Positions 1 through 13,932 are shown, counted from the stretch's first letter. The stretch is 64,000 bases of DNA from the human T2T-CHM13v2.0 reference genome, Homo sapiens (GCF_009914755.1 NC_060926.1), one strand, 5' to 3'. Notes: generated from the sequence alone by a model not told the origin. A program made the numbers and translations.

Positions 1-310
1 CTGATCATATTGTAATATGGCTGTCCAAACACTAAAAAACCAAACAAAATCAAATTTGTGAATGTAGTAACAGTTTATCTTTTGTATTAGCCCATTAAAT
101 AATAAAACCTAGCAATAGTTTTATAATCACCCTAATATTGAAGTAGTTATGAGTATAAACTATATATTTTAGACACTGCAACAACTGTAGTGTGACATGA
201 AATATCTGTGGTTCTGTTGGTGACAAAGTCACAGGTATGTTAATACCTCCATGTGAGTGCCTACATTCTAATTGAGAGAAATGCTAAATTTTAATTAGAG
301 GTTAATGCAG
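1..310. mobile_element. Old DNA transposon fragment, hAT-Charlie-like
   Basis: Segment ggtgacaaagtcacaggta...gcctacattctaattgagagaaatgctaaattttaattagaggtt resembles Charlie-family internal sequence from memory; subfamily uncertain. Confidence 0.4.
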
Positions 311-362
311 GCAGAAAGGGGTCCATGGTTTGTAATAAATTTAAAAACAATGAAAAAATTGA

Positions 363-678
<316 letters not shown>

Positions 679-728
679 AGTCTTGATTTTATTATCACTA
701 TGTACCATTGGCTTTCAAGATTGTCAGT

Positions 729-1012
729 GGCCAGGCGCAGGGGCTTATGCCTGTAATTCCAGCACTTTGGGAGATGGAGGCTGGCGGATCACCTGAGGTT
801 GGGAGTTCGAGACCAGCCTGACCATCATGGAGAAACCCCGTCTGCACTAAAAATACAAAATTAGCTGGGTGTGGTGGCGCATGCCTGTAATCCCAGCTAC
901 TTAGGAGGCTGAGACAGGAGAATCACTTGAACCCAGGAGGCGGAGATTCAACAAGATCGGGCAACAAGAGTGAAACTCCACAAAAAAAAAAAAAAAAAAA
1001 AAAACAACAAAA
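729..1012 (+). mobile_element. AluSp-like with right-arm internal deletion
   Basis: ggccaggcgc..., cagcctgaccatcatggagaaaccc, poly-A; TSD AAGATTGTCAGT at 717-728 and 1013-1024. Confidence 0.93.
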
Positions 1013-1204
1013 AAGATTGTCAGTGACAAAATACATCCCTGCAGGGGGCCAAAGGTTCCCATTGCTTGTCTTCCTCACCCCCATATGCCACTGAATAGAG
1101 ATGTAATTCTGGTATCGTTGTTTCCCCATCTAAGTTCAAAGACACCTAAATCCTATCCATGGACTCCAGGTTACAAACTCTTGTTGTATGGTGTGTCATG
1201 GTAT

Positions 1205-1437
1205 GGGGGGTGGGCTTTAGAATCAGACAGGTCTGAGTTTGAGCCAGCTGTGTTATTCATTAGTTATATGACCTTGAGAAAATTGCTTAACCTCTCTGAG
1301 AATCGGTTTCCTTCTCTGGATAACAGGGTATAATAATGGTGCCCTTCCCATCATTGTTGGGAGGATTCCCTGAGATTCTAAAGTGAATGACATGGTGAGC
1401 ACTGTGTTCGGCCCTTGGAGAGGGCTCCATCAATGGT
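1205..1437 (+). mobile_element. MIR
   Basis: gggctttagaatcagacagg...tgaccttgagaaaattgcttaacctctctgag MIR core. Confidence 0.8.
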
Positions 1438-2029
1438 GGTGGAGCTGACCGTCATTGTAATGGTTGATCTTCCCATTGGCGCTGTGCAAAGGTACTATTG
1501 CCTTGGTTTATCAGCTGAGAAAACCAGTCTTCAAGTCTGCCGAGGTGTTCTGATGGGGCAGGAGATGCCTGCTGTCCTGCTGTCACCCAACTGCCAAAGA
1601 GAACCTGATTTGCTCTTTCTCTCCACCATCCTGCCCTCCTGCCATGGTGGGCACCAAGTTGCAGACTCCAGGACCAGCTACCAGGAGCCCTGCTCGGGCC
1701 AGAACTGACCTAGGATAGGAAGGGTTTCCCTGGATCAGTGGGAGCATGTAGGTAGGTTCTACTGCCCAGCGGGAAGGCTATGCTGGCATTCCAAAGCCCT
1801 GCCCTAACCCTCCCCTCATATGAAGTTCCTTGACTTTGGAGATCACTCCCTCTTAGAACCCTTAAAGCCCTCCTGGCTGTGCCACTCATCTGGCACTTGA
1901 TGTACATGCGGATGTGGTCATTTTTCTTACGCCAGCTGCTCTCCTCAGTTAGATCATAAATGGATTGAGGGCAGGGAATGGCAAGATAATTCCTGTGGAT
2001 GGAAGGAATTCTGTCTTCCTCCCTCTCTA

Positions 2030-2086
2030 GCTGAAAGCCTTGGACATAATAAGTGCTTAGTGAATGCTTATTGAATGAATAAAGAA
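2030..2086 (+). mobile_element. L2 3' end fragment
   Basis: acataataagtgcttagtgaatgcttattgaatgaataaa, typical L2 terminus. Confidence 0.6.
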
Positions 2087-2324
2087 AATCAATGGTGAAA
2101 GGATGAATCACAGAATCATGGCTCCTGGGTGCACTTCTTAGAGCTGGTTTTGTACTTTGCTGCCCGGGTCCCGGGCCTGTCTGTGTTGTCATATATCACT
2201 GAGCCTCACAGGATGTTTGCAAACACCTTGGGAAGTGGGCAGGGCAGCTAGTGAGGCTCAGAGCCAGAATGCCACTCCAGAGGCCTGACTCCAGGGAAGG
2301 TGTCTTTTCCACTTTACCTGGATG

Positions 2325-2679
2325 CCTTTGTCCCTTAGGGCTGCTATAACAAAATACCATAGACTTGGTAGCTTATAAACAACAGGAATTGATTTCTCAC
2401 TGTTCTGAAGGCTGGGAAGTCCAAGAACAAGGCAGATTTGTATCTGGTGAGGACTCACCTTCTGGATCATAGATGGTGCCTTCTCGCTGTGTCCTCACAT
2501 GGTACAAGGGGTGGAGGAGCTCTCTGGAGCCTCTTTCATGAGGGTACTAGTTCCATTCAAGAAGGCTCTGCCCTCATGACCTAATCACCTTCCAAAGGCC
2601 CCACCTTGTAAAACCATCACACTGGGGATTAGGTTTCAACACAGGAATTTTGAGAGACACAAGGATTCAGACCACAGCA
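2325..2679 (-). mobile_element. MLT1A0-like MaLR solo LTR
   Basis: gctgctataacaaaataccatagact...ggctgggaagtccaag...catgacctaatcacc...attcagaccacagca is the reverse complement of the MLT1A consensus. Confidence 0.85.
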
Positions 2680-2849
2680 CCAGAATGCGGCTGAGAGCTT
2701 AAAGTCTCGGCAAGCACTGGCCCTGTACCCAGAGGTTAAGATTTAATTGTCTGAGTGGGGTCCCTAAAACTTGCCAGGTGGTTGTATCCCACCACCCCTG
2801 ACTGAGAACCACTGCCCTACTCCAACATGGAGGTGGACCAGGCAGCATG

Positions 2850-3055
2850 GGGGCTTTCATGGGCATGAGTCCCAGCTCTCCTACCCACTATCTGTGTGAT
2901 CCTGTAAGTGACTTGACCTCTTTGAGCCTCAGTTTCCTCATCTGTAAAATGGGGACAATGATAGCGCCCAGCCTCTAGGTAGGTTGAGGAAATTGAATGA
3001 GACAATGTGTGAACTGCTCTTAACATGTCATAAGTACTCAACAAATGGTAACTGC

Positions 3056-3056
<1 letters not shown>
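2850..3056 (+). mobile_element. MIR
   Basis: gagcctcagtttcctcatctgtaaaatgggg core and 3' tactcaacaaatgg. Confidence 0.88.

Positions 3057-3098
<42 letters not shown>
3057..3098. repeat. (ATT)14 microsatellite grown from the MIR tail
   Basis: Perfect ATT repeat; source of the poly-Ile ORFs on both strands. Confidence 0.97.
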
Positions 3099-3099
<1 letters not shown>

Positions 3100-4139
3100 T
3101 GTTGACATGCATGAGTGAAGGTGGAGGAGAGCCTCTGGCCATAAAGCTGTCCCTGTCTTGTGTTTCATGTAGGTCTGGACCCAACATCCCAGCACACATG
3201 AGCACCTTGTGCCCAGGAGAGGGCTGCTTGGCTGTCTCCAGCCCCTGTACCCAGCAGGCCATGGAAGTTTGAAACTGTAACAAATCATTTATTATCCAGG
3301 AAGGAGGGATGTAAAGGGAGAGACTTCTGCATTTAAAGCATTTTTACTTTATTAAGAGTCTTTCTGATGTAAAATATGCTCACACAGTCACTTTCCACGG
3401 CAACTACATTACCATTATTTTCAGCACTCTGAGGAGAAAATGAGATTAGGTGTGGGGAAGCGGCTGGAGTAGGGTGAGCATTCGAGGGCTGGATTTAAAT
3501 CCAATTCTGCAGGTTGAGTCTGTGTTAATGCAATATTATAGGATTTGGAGGCAAGGGCCTCTGTGGCTTAATCCAAGGTTCTCCAACATCTGGGTCATTG
3601 GCAATGTCACTGCTGCTTTTATTCTAACTATATCGAGAGAATAGTCAGGGTGAGAGCTAATTCTGAATTCCCACAATTGGTTGCCTTTAAGGCACCAAAT
3701 AGGCACTCCTGCCAGCAGAGCTTTCTTGATCACAAGAGACCTGAAATAGAAATGGTTTAACCCTTTCTGGATGATTAGACAAGGCAGGGGAGTCCACATC
3801 CCCAGTATCTTTCCACTCCTTTCAGATGAATTTCAAACAGGAGAGCTTAGAGATCAAAGAAGGATGCACATTTAATTACCCCACTGCAGCCACAATCTGC
3901 TCAAACTGCCAGGAGGCCCCATGAACATGAGCAAGTAGCAGCGCCACAGTCACCAGGCATAGATTTATCAAAGTCTCATGTGCTGGGCTCTCTGAAGGGT
4001 GTAGTGATTGAGAACTCAGCCCCTTCCCAGAGGGAGCTCAGATTTTAGTAAGCAAAAAACTGTAATAAAAGATACAACTGTGACCAGGGCCTTGAGCAAG
4101 CAGGGCAGTGACTATTCTTAGGCTGACCTAATAGCCGTT

Positions 4140-5212
4140 CCCTATCTCCTTCTTATTTTCCTTGTCTACTCTAGGGGACTTAAATCCTCATTTCCTGCCC
4201 TCTGTTGCAACTAGTCAGTGATGATGTGGTTTGGGGTCATGAATTTTAAGTGGAAGTCTGCTAGTGGGTTCCAGGAAAACTTCTGTTCTCCGGATTAAAA
4301 AGGAGGAAGCAACTGGTCCTCCTACTTCTCCTTTATTCTTGCCTGGAAAGCAAATATGATGCCTGGATGTGTGGCAGCCATCTTGCAACCGTGAGGCTGA
4401 GAAACGGGTTCACCAATAACCAGTCACAAGAGAGGACCCCCAGTGCTTGGAGGACGGCAAAGACTATCACTATGCCAACCACCATGACTAGGATTCTGAA
4501 CACTTCTGCCCATTGCATTGCGGGCTGTAGTTTTACCAATTGCCTGAGTCCCGTGAGATAGAACAGACTCACATGCAACAAGTTACAGGAAATGGATTTA
4601 TTACTCAGCAATAGTCAGCAAGGGACAAAGAAGACTGGGAGCCACTGTGAGCCAGTCCCCTAAGGAGTGTGAATGTGTTCAAGAAAGCTGCCCAGGGTGG
4701 ATGGAGTTTCCACTGCTTGTGCCCTACTTTCATGGCAGCTGAGGGCCCCTAAAAGATAGCTCATTTCCAGTTAAAAGCCTCAGGGGCTCCATGACTCACC
4801 GAGCAAAGCTCGGAAGGACATCCTACTTCCAGGGAAGAGAGGAACAAAGTGTGGGCTGTCCTGAACAGTTCCCTCTAACTCAAGATCTTACATTCCCCAG
4901 GAGAAACAGGAAAAGAGCCAAGCTCTTTCAGGCAGTCCTATCTCAGGATGTTGCATTCCAGCACATTCTAAAGTTATCCTGAGAACTACATGCAGAAAGG
5001 AAGGGGCTAGGAACTGGGTCTTCCAAGTCCATCTGGGGACTGTACCAGATAAAGGCCACTGTGGAGATGCTGTCCCTGATATTGTCAGGCCCCCAAAGCA
5101 AAGTTGGCAGCTGCCTTCCATGAGACGACCTCTTATGTGAGGAAAAGAAATCCCTATTTATCTAAGCTTCTGTAGTTTTGTGTGCCCTGAGGCTCAATGT
5201 AATCCTGATACA
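4140..5212 (+). mobile_element. Old MLT1 (J/K/L-like) LTR split by an ERVL-type LTR
   Basis: Left part ggcagccatcttgcaaccgtgagg; right part atgtgaggaaaagaaatccctatttatctaagc...aatcctgataca. Confidence 0.45.
4517..5050 (-). mobile_element. ERVL-class LTR (MER54/MER74/MER76 group)
   Basis: ttttaccaattgcctgagtcccgtgagatagaac...ggatttattactc (minus-strand AATAAA near LTR end)...gttgcattccagcacattct; subfamily uncertain. Confidence 0.5.
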
Positions 5213-5689
5213 GACACGGAAAAGTACAGATTAAGTGTCAGGGGGCTGTCCAGGTGGGACAGGGGAGTTGGCACAGGAGAGGTAAGGAAAGACTTCATGG
5301 GGGAGGTCGTGGCATTTGAGTGGAGACTTAAAAGACTTCAGGGTTAAATATGTAGAGATGGGAGGAGAGTAAGCCATGGCGTGGGCAGAGGCTGATGTGG
5401 GAAGCAAGAACCGCTGGGGAAAAGAGGTGAGCAGGTTGCAGAAATGAAACCCAAGCCTGAGTGAACAACAAATACTCGTGTGATTGGGAAGCCCAAGGCT
5501 GGACTCACTTCAGACATGTTTGTATCCAAGAACATACATTTTATCGTTGGGAGTTTGTTGCCTTTTCAGCTCTTCTTTCTGCCTTTGTCCTTGAAGAGCT
5601 GCCTTTGAGCAGCAGATAGGATGACCAGTAGTCGTGTCAGACCCACATTCTTCCAGCTTAGGAACGTGTGTGGAACGAGAAGGTTGGAC

Positions 5690-7615
5690 TTCTTTTTTGT
5701 TTGTTTTTGATGCATCAAACGCATTCACATTTATTTTCGTTTTTTAAAGCAAATAATAAAGACCCAGTTTACTGGCTTTACTTTTTTAAACCTAAGCTTA
5801 ACATGACATACATAAACAATTGTCAAAACGAAGTCATCAGCATTCATGCACAATTGAAAAACATCCTTAATGTGTATTAAATCAGAAAGTATTACCATTA
5901 AAGCATGAATATCTTTCACTACTAAATACCGAATAAAATCGAAATGATTTCTGTAAGAGATTCATCCTGGCAATGTTAATGTCATAGCAGGCTGATACTA
6001 CTTGACTCACATTTCAGACACAACGGAAAAGCAGGTCCATGCTGGTATCAGTGTATGATCTTGTCCTACCACTAAAGAGTCAAGGCTCACCTTGGAGTAA
6101 GTTTAATAAAAAAGCAAAGTGCAAACAGAGATTTACAACAATTTTAAAGACCAAAAAAAAATGGTCTCTGTTATGGTTTGGCTCTGTGTCCCCACCGAAA
6201 TCTCATCTTTTAGCTCCCATAATTCCCACATGTTGTGGGAGGGACCTGCTGGGAGATGATTGAATCATGAGGGCAGGTCTTTCCTGTGCTGTTCTTGTGA
6301 TAGTGAATGGAACTCATGAGATCTGATGGTTTTAAAAACAGGGGTCTCCCTGCACAAGCTCTCTCTCTCTTTGCCTACCTTCCATGTAAGATGTGACTTG
6401 CTCCTCCTTGACTTCCACCATGATTGTGAGGCTTCCTCAGCCACATGGAACTGTAAGTCCAATTAAACCTCTTTTTTTTCTTTCTTTTGTAAATTGCCCA
6501 GTCTCAGGTAAGTCTTTATCAGTAGCATGAAAACGGACTAATACAGTCTCAAATAAACTCAAAAGTCTATGACAAATAGGGGCTCTGATGAGCTGTTTTT
6601 AAATACTTTAGATTAGGTGCAACTATACTGAAAGGCAAGTTTGTTTGAAATCGTCAAAAAATTGTTCCTGTTAATCTTCAAATGGTGCTTGTTGTAGTTG
6701 AACATTTCTGTTAAATGTGTGCATTGAATTGCTTGTTATCCAAGCTCAGCTGCTGCCTGCCCCTCACCATGTATTGTTAAAGACTTTATTTAACTGGCCA
6801 TCATTTAACTGGCTGTCATCTTCAACTTCTACTCTTTCTTGACAATTCTCTTTGTTGTGGTTTTTCTGCTGTTAACCATTTTAGTAGAAGTTGATATCAA
6901 TTTGAAGTTGCCCATCCCACTACCACCAAATGACATGGAAGAGAATGAAGTGAGGCCCCTGTGACCTAGTGACCTGATTGAAATAAATCCTGTATCAAAA
7001 GAAGAAAATCCACTTCCAAAAGATGGAAATCCAGTGAAGGCAGAGAAAAATGACCACATCCCTCGGCCTCTGCTTCCTCGGGGATCCCCTCCAATTCCCA
7101 AAAAAGTCCTCAAATGAATCTTCAAAGGAGTTGAATGAAAATGGGTCCCTTCCACCAAATAGTTCCCTGAAGACATCACCTGGGTTATGGAATGTGAAGC
7201 CAAGCTCACACGGACTGACAAAATGACTTCTATCTCCTACCTCCCTCATTTAATACTTCTTGGCTGTAATTGTCACTTTTTTTTTTTTGCTGTGGATGTC
7301 TTTTTTTTTAAAAAAAGCATCTGGTAGCACCTCATATGGCTCAGTCACTTGTTTGAATTTTCTCTCTGCTTCTTTCCTCTCAGGGTATTTTTTTTTTCTG
7401 GGTGCCAATTCAGGGCCAGTTTCCAATATGCCTTTTTAATGTCCTCAGGTGAGGCATGTCTCTGCATGCCTGGAACTTCTTGGTAATCCACCCTGTTTTA
7501 GCAGATTGCTGGAAAGAGGAGGCAGGGAGACAGCCCAGGTCTCCTCTGGGCTCCCGCACACTGTGCTGGTGGTGGCGGTGGCAGCCCCTTGTGCTCTCCT
7601 TTCTCTTTCGCCTCT
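5690..7615 (-). pseudogene. DNAJB6P: Processed (intronless) pseudogene of DNAJB6 isoform b (Hsp40/J-domain co-chaperone); paralog number not determined
   Basis: Minus strand contains a 5'UTR-like segment, then the CDS relic at 7494-6729. Start ATG>AGG followed by GTGGATTAC (MVDY), J-domain codons gacattaaaaaggcatat, G/F region [25 protein letters not shown] region [28 protein letters not shown], and isoform-b end ..LDNK with TAA>CAA. Frameshifts in A/T runs, no introns, long 3'UTR, AATAAA (plus tttatt about 5730-5735), degraded poly-A about 5690-5709. Confidence 0.96.
6169..6545 (+). mobile_element. THE1A solo LTR inserted in the pseudogene 3'UTR
   Basis: tgttatggtttggctctgtgtcccc...gactaataca; 5-bp TSD GTCTC at 6164-6168 and 6546-6550. 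Confidence 0.93.
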
Positions 7616-7869
7616 TATCCATGTATCTGGCCTTGACAAGATCACCATTGGCCTGGGTTGGCTGATTCCCGATCAATTCACCACAGACAGAGAGATCTGG
7701 GGACCTCTGAATCACAAGTGTGGGCAGGGTCTCCACCTGAAACGTCACCAAGTGTTTGATAGCCTCAAGGGGCCACAAAGAGTGAGGGTGAGTTCCCCAA
7801 AGGGTCAGGAGAAGACAGTGGGTAAAGCATCCTGGGTAGACTAAACCACAGTCTTCTATAAGCAGGTAA

Positions 7870-8211
7870 TTTAGGTGCAGCTGAGACAGACAGGTAGTCA
7901 GGGCTCGCCGGAGCGGCTCGGATCCACCTACGCACTGGGAGGAGGGTGGAGCCACGGAAGCTCGCACTATTTGCAGTGGGGAGGAGCTTGGCCTCTCCTG
8001 TTCTGGGTTGGTACCCTGGGGATTCAATCTGTGAGGCAGGAAGCCAGCTAGTAGGACTTTCACTTTGTTGGGAGTTCCTATTTCCTTTTTTTCCTCTTTG
8101 CCCAATAAATTCAATTTTTCTCACCCTTCAAAGTGCCTGTGAGCCTAATCTCTCCTGGCTATGTGACAAGGACCCCGTTTTTAGCTGAACTAAGGAGAAA
8201 GTCCTACAACA
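7870..8211 (+). mobile_element. ERV1 LTR 3' half, MER50-like
   Basis: cccaataaa...cccttcaaagtgcctgtgagcctaat...tgtgacaaggaccccgtttttagctgaactaaggagaaagtcctacaaca terminus. Confidence 0.7.
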
Positions 8212-8218
8212 TAACTAG

Positions 8219-8768
<550 letters not shown>

Positions 8769-8834
8769 TTCCCCCTTTCTTTACCTGCCTTCCTGTTGGA
8801 TGGATACATGGCTATTTTCTTACTGTTAGAGACA

Positions 8835-8837
<3 letters not shown>

Positions 8838-8874
<37 letters not shown>
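8838..8874. repeat. (CT)n microsatellite
   Basis: About 18 perfect CT units. Confidence 0.96.
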
Positions 8875-8877
<3 letters not shown>

Positions 8878-9437
8878 CATCTCTCCTCTCCCTTTGTCTC
8901 TCTCATTAAAGCAAATAACATAGCAGGAGGAATGGGAAAAGTAGCAAATCCCAGGCTAGTCTCATCATTTCTGGGCTGAAATGGAACCACTTGTGGTGTG
9001 TGGAATCGTGGCATCCGGCATGCCACATTCCCTGCTCCCTGTTGTCCTGCCCTGTCTGTCTGCTACAATCACCTGGAGCCCCTCCCTCAACCAAGACATC
9101 AACAACAGAAACAAAACTGCTTCCTCTGACCAGCAGGAAATTTCCAGGTGAACACACTCTGGCTTAAGTAATTAGGCAAAGAATGTGGCTTTGTGCAGTT
9201 GTGGAGAGACTCAACTTGCTCTTAGAGTCTTTGTTTCTGTTCAGTCCCTGGAGTGCCCCTGCTTTCACTGCTGTCCTTTGCCACTAGACCGGGCAGAAAT
9301 CCGCCTTTTTCCTGCATTCCTTCCACTGTTGTTGATTCAGCTCATTTTACATACCAAGGCACCTTTCCTGATTCCATTCTTTGGCCAAAGACTCCCTCAG
9401 AACTTTAAGAACTTTAAGCCACCAAATGCAGCAGGCA

Positions 9438-9709
9438 CTTTTTTTTTTTTTTTTGAGATGGAGTCTCGCTCTGTTGTCCTGGCTCACTGCAACCTCCACC
9501 TCCTGGGTTCAAGTAATTCTTCTGCCTCAGCCTCCCAAGTAGCTGGGGCTATAGGCGAGCGCCACCACACCCGGCTAATTTTTGTATTTTTAGTAGAGAT
9601 AGGGTTTCACCATATTGGCCAGGCTGGTCTCGAACTCCTGACCTCGTGATCCGCCTGCCTTGGCCTCCCAAAGTGCTGGGATTACAGGCGTGAGCCACGG
9701 CGCCTGGCC
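9438..9709 (-). mobile_element. AluS (Sg-like) with small internal deletion
   Basis: ctcgaactcctgacctcgtgatcc; TSD AGCAGGCAC. Confidence 0.92.
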
Positions 9710-10134
9710 AGCAGGCACCTCTTATGCTTGCTTTGAAAATATACTTATGAGGTTAGTGCCCATCTTCCTGTCTTATGATTCGAATCCTTTCCTTCTTTCT
9801 TCCCTAATTCCTGTTCTTTTTCTCTCATGACCCCTGGCTACCCATTAGCCTTTGGAAAAATTCTATTATGTTTGCCTGTTTGTTTTTTTCTTTTTAATGT
9901 ATATGTTACCAGAAAGGGGTCCCAATCCAGACCCCAAGAGAAGGATCTTGGATCTCACACAACAAAGAATTTCAGGCGAATCCACAGAGTAAAGTGAAAG
10001 CAAGTTTGTAAGAAAGTAAAAGAATAAAAGAATGGCTACTCCATAGACAAAGCAGACCCGAGGGCTGCTGGCTGGCTATTTTTATGGTTACTTCTTGATC
10101 ATATGCTAAACAAGGGGTGGATTATTCATGAGTT

Positions 10135-10171
10135 TTCTGGGAAAGGCGGGGGGTGGGAGGATTTCCTAGAA
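10135..10171. promoter_or_regulatory. Tandem STAT GAS motifs in MER41B
   Basis: TTCTGGGAA 10135-10143 and TTCCTAGAA 10163-10171, both matching TTCNNNGAA. Confidence 0.65.
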
Positions 10172-10387
10172 CTAAGGATTCCTTTCCTTTTAGACCATAT
10201 AGGGTAACTTCCAGAGTTTGCCATGGCATTTATAAGCTGTCATGGTGCTGGTGGGAGTGTCTTTTAGCATGCTTATGTATAAGTAGTGTACAATGAGCAG
10301 TGATGATGACCAGAGGCCACTTTTGTCACCATCTTGATTTTGGCAGGTTTTGTCCAGCTTCTTTACTGCATCCTGTTTTATCAGTAG

Positions 10388-10739
<352 letters not shown>

Positions 10740-10937
10740 TAACCTCCTATCTCATCCTGTGACTAAGATTACCTAACCTCTTGGGAATGCAGCCCAGCAG
10801 GTCTCAGCCTCATTTCACCCAGCCACTGTTCAAAATGGAGTCACTCTGGTTCGAATGCCTCTGATGTGTACAAATCTATTGTGCTCATTGAAGCTTGCCT
10901 TTTTATACACTTCTTGGCTCAGAGAAATACTTTTTTT

Positions 10938-11530
10938 GGAGGCAGCAAATGTAGCAGAAAGAACAGGCAATTCTGAAGCAAGAAGAGTGATATGGTTAGG
11001 CTTTGTGTCCCCACCTAAATCTCATCTTGAATTGCAAACCCCGTCATCCTCACAGGTCAAGAGAGAGACCAGGTGGAGGTAATTAAACCACGGAGTGGTT
11101 TCCCCCATGCTGTTCTCGTGACAGGGAGTGAGTTCTCACGAGATCTGATGGTTTCATAAGGGGCTCTTCCCCCTTCATTCGGCCCTTCTTCCTCCCACCT
11201 TGTGAAGAAGGTGCCTTGCTTCCCCCTCACCTTCTGCCGTGATTGTAAATTTCCAGAGGCCTCCCCAGCCATGCTGCACGGTGAGTCAATTAAACCTCCT
11301 TCCTTTATAAATTACTCATTCTCGGGAAGTTCTTTATAGCAGTATGAAAACAGACTAATACAAAGAGTTTTCTGTGTTAACTCCCGGCACCGTCACTCAC
11401 TGTTGTGACCTTGGGCAAGTTGCTTAAGCTCTCTGTGTCTGTTTCTTAATCTGTACAGTGGGTATGATATTAATACCTATCTCATAGGTATTTTTTTTTT
11501 TTGGTCTTAAATGATTCATGGGAAAAGTAT
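10938..11530 (+). mobile_element. MIR split by a THE1 LTR
   Basis: 5' part ggaggcagcaaatgtagcagaaagaaca; 3' part tgtgaccttgggcaagttgcttaagctctctg. Confidence 0.7.
10988..11362 (+). mobile_element. THE1C-like solo LTR
   Basis: tgatatggttaggctttgtgtcccc...gactaataca; TSD AAGAG at 10983-10987 and 11363-11367. Confidence 0.9.
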
Positions 11531-12561
11531 GATGTATGCTGAGAAGCAGCACAAAGACATTTCATGTGTGCGGACCTCATGTACGTGGACCATGTGGAAG
11601 GCAGCTTTAGTCCTGACTGCAGAAAAGCGATGTTCACATGCGCGTTGGGAACTGGCCTGCGCACCCAGATTCCCAGATCCAGGAAAGCCCTTCATTTCCA
11701 GTGCTTTCCATCCTCGCTCCAGCGGCAGATGTTAGAAGCTGACTGAGATGTTTTCTGGATTAATTGCCCCCAAACATTCAGGGTTTTATGTTTTAGAATG
11801 TCTGAACAGGTTGGAATTTGAATCTCCCTTCTGCCACTCCTTGTCTTATTTTGGAAATGAACTTAAAGTCACATTTTTGAGATTCCGACTATGTGACGCA
11901 TTGAGCTATTTGGAGCGTTGGTTTGCGGCTGTTTCTAAGCCTGGACTCTTGACACGGCTTTGCCTGCAGCTCTGGACTCTCCCTCAGGCTCCAGGGCTCC
12001 CTGTGCCCTTGCGGTGCTCCGGCCTCTTGGCTTCTGAGTTAGATTGGGCATCTCTCAGATTCCTTGGCTACTGAGTCTGTACATCCCATGACTCCCGTCC
12101 TCCCTCTCCTTCCACAAGCCGGTCGGTGACCACGCAGCCTTCTAGGTGGTCCAAACTTTCTGGAGCTTTCCACTGGGAAGATCCTAATAGCCCTAATCCC
12201 TCCTTTAACATCAAGCAGAGCTGCCCTCAATCTTTTAATAGAAGCAGGTGAACTCCGACTAGATTTTTTGTGCACTAGTGAGGCTTGCTGTGTTTACTGG
12301 TATATAGGATACATTCCCCGCTTTTCCCAAATGATGGATTATATATGCAAAATAAAATTTTATACTTTATATATGAATAATGTATATGTTACAACATAAG
12401 ATATATTACGTATTACATAATACTATACACATAACATATATCAAATATATGGCATTGTACGATATCTAATCGTTTATTATATACACAAGTTTTCTTGTCA
12501 GTCTTACGCTTTGGTATCAGGCACAGCTGGAAGGCTGAGAAAGAGGTAAAATAATGGGGCA

Positions 12562-12580
12562 TGCTACCCCCTAGTGGCAG
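12562..12580 (-). promoter_or_regulatory. Candidate CTCF site
   Basis: Minus strand CTGCCACTAGGGGGTAGCA closely matches the CTCF core CCASYAGRKGGCRS, in unique sequence. Confidence 0.6.
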
Positions 12581-13316
12581 AAGATGGCAACATACATTTT
12601 GCAAATGTGAGCGCTTTTCATCCCCTTATCAAAAAACAAAACAAAAACCAGAGACCACACAGATGAATATGGAATTTGAGTAACTCCCCTATGTTATGAA
12701 TTTAAGTATTTTTTCACTGCAACTCATATTCCTAAATACCAAGATATTTCTTTTTAGCTCTGTGATTTTATTCTTGTTTTTAGGGATACTAGACTGTGTA
12801 TCAAAACCGTACTATTTTTTAATGGAGTCACAATCCTGTGTACTATATTTATAGGAATAAAATATTTCCCTTACAGCTTAGTCTTTATTTTTCCAAAAAA
12901 CTTTCTGAAAAATTGAGATGTATCTGATATCCCCGCGCATTTCACATGTTGGCAAACATGGCATTTTACTGCCTCTGGTGCACAAAAAGCCCTTGAGCGC
13001 TCACCTAATGCTTCTGTGAAGTCAAGGGTTCCGAGCACGCTGACTCCATGTTGCTAGGGAGCCTCTCTAGGAGGCCAGCAGGCCGCTGGGCGGCCCCGAC
13101 TGGGATCTGCTGTGGTATGTGGCCCTCTTTGCTAGTGCAGGAGCTTCCTCCGGTCACTTTACCTGCATTCCTTTGAGCCTGGGGCCCAGGCGGGGGACCC
13201 TAGCAAGAGGCTTACTTACGTGGTCCCCTGATACCAGGCATGGGAATGGTAGCACTTGCTGATTGTGTGGGTCTCTGGCCACAATGGAAATATTTAACAC
13301 ACAACACCTTAGAGTG

Positions 13317-13932
<616 letters not shown>

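Noticed and set aside
3038-3288. Poly-isoleucine hydrophobic ORFs resembling signal or transmembrane peptides
   Set aside because: Translation of the (ATT)14 microsatellite
6829-7249. DNAJB6-like ORFs as a functional gene
   Set aside because: Start codon lost, J-domain frameshifted, stop codon lost, no introns, poly-A remnant: a processed pseudogene
7410-8114. Longest ORF in the track (234 aa, minus strand)
   Set aside because: Runs antisense through a MER50-like LTR and into the DNAJB6 5'UTR/CDS out of frame; no recognisable domain
7870-8211. LTR acting as promoter for the DNAJB6 retrocopy
   Set aside because: The LTR is on the plus strand, pointing away from the minus-strand pseudogene, and its 5' half is not evident
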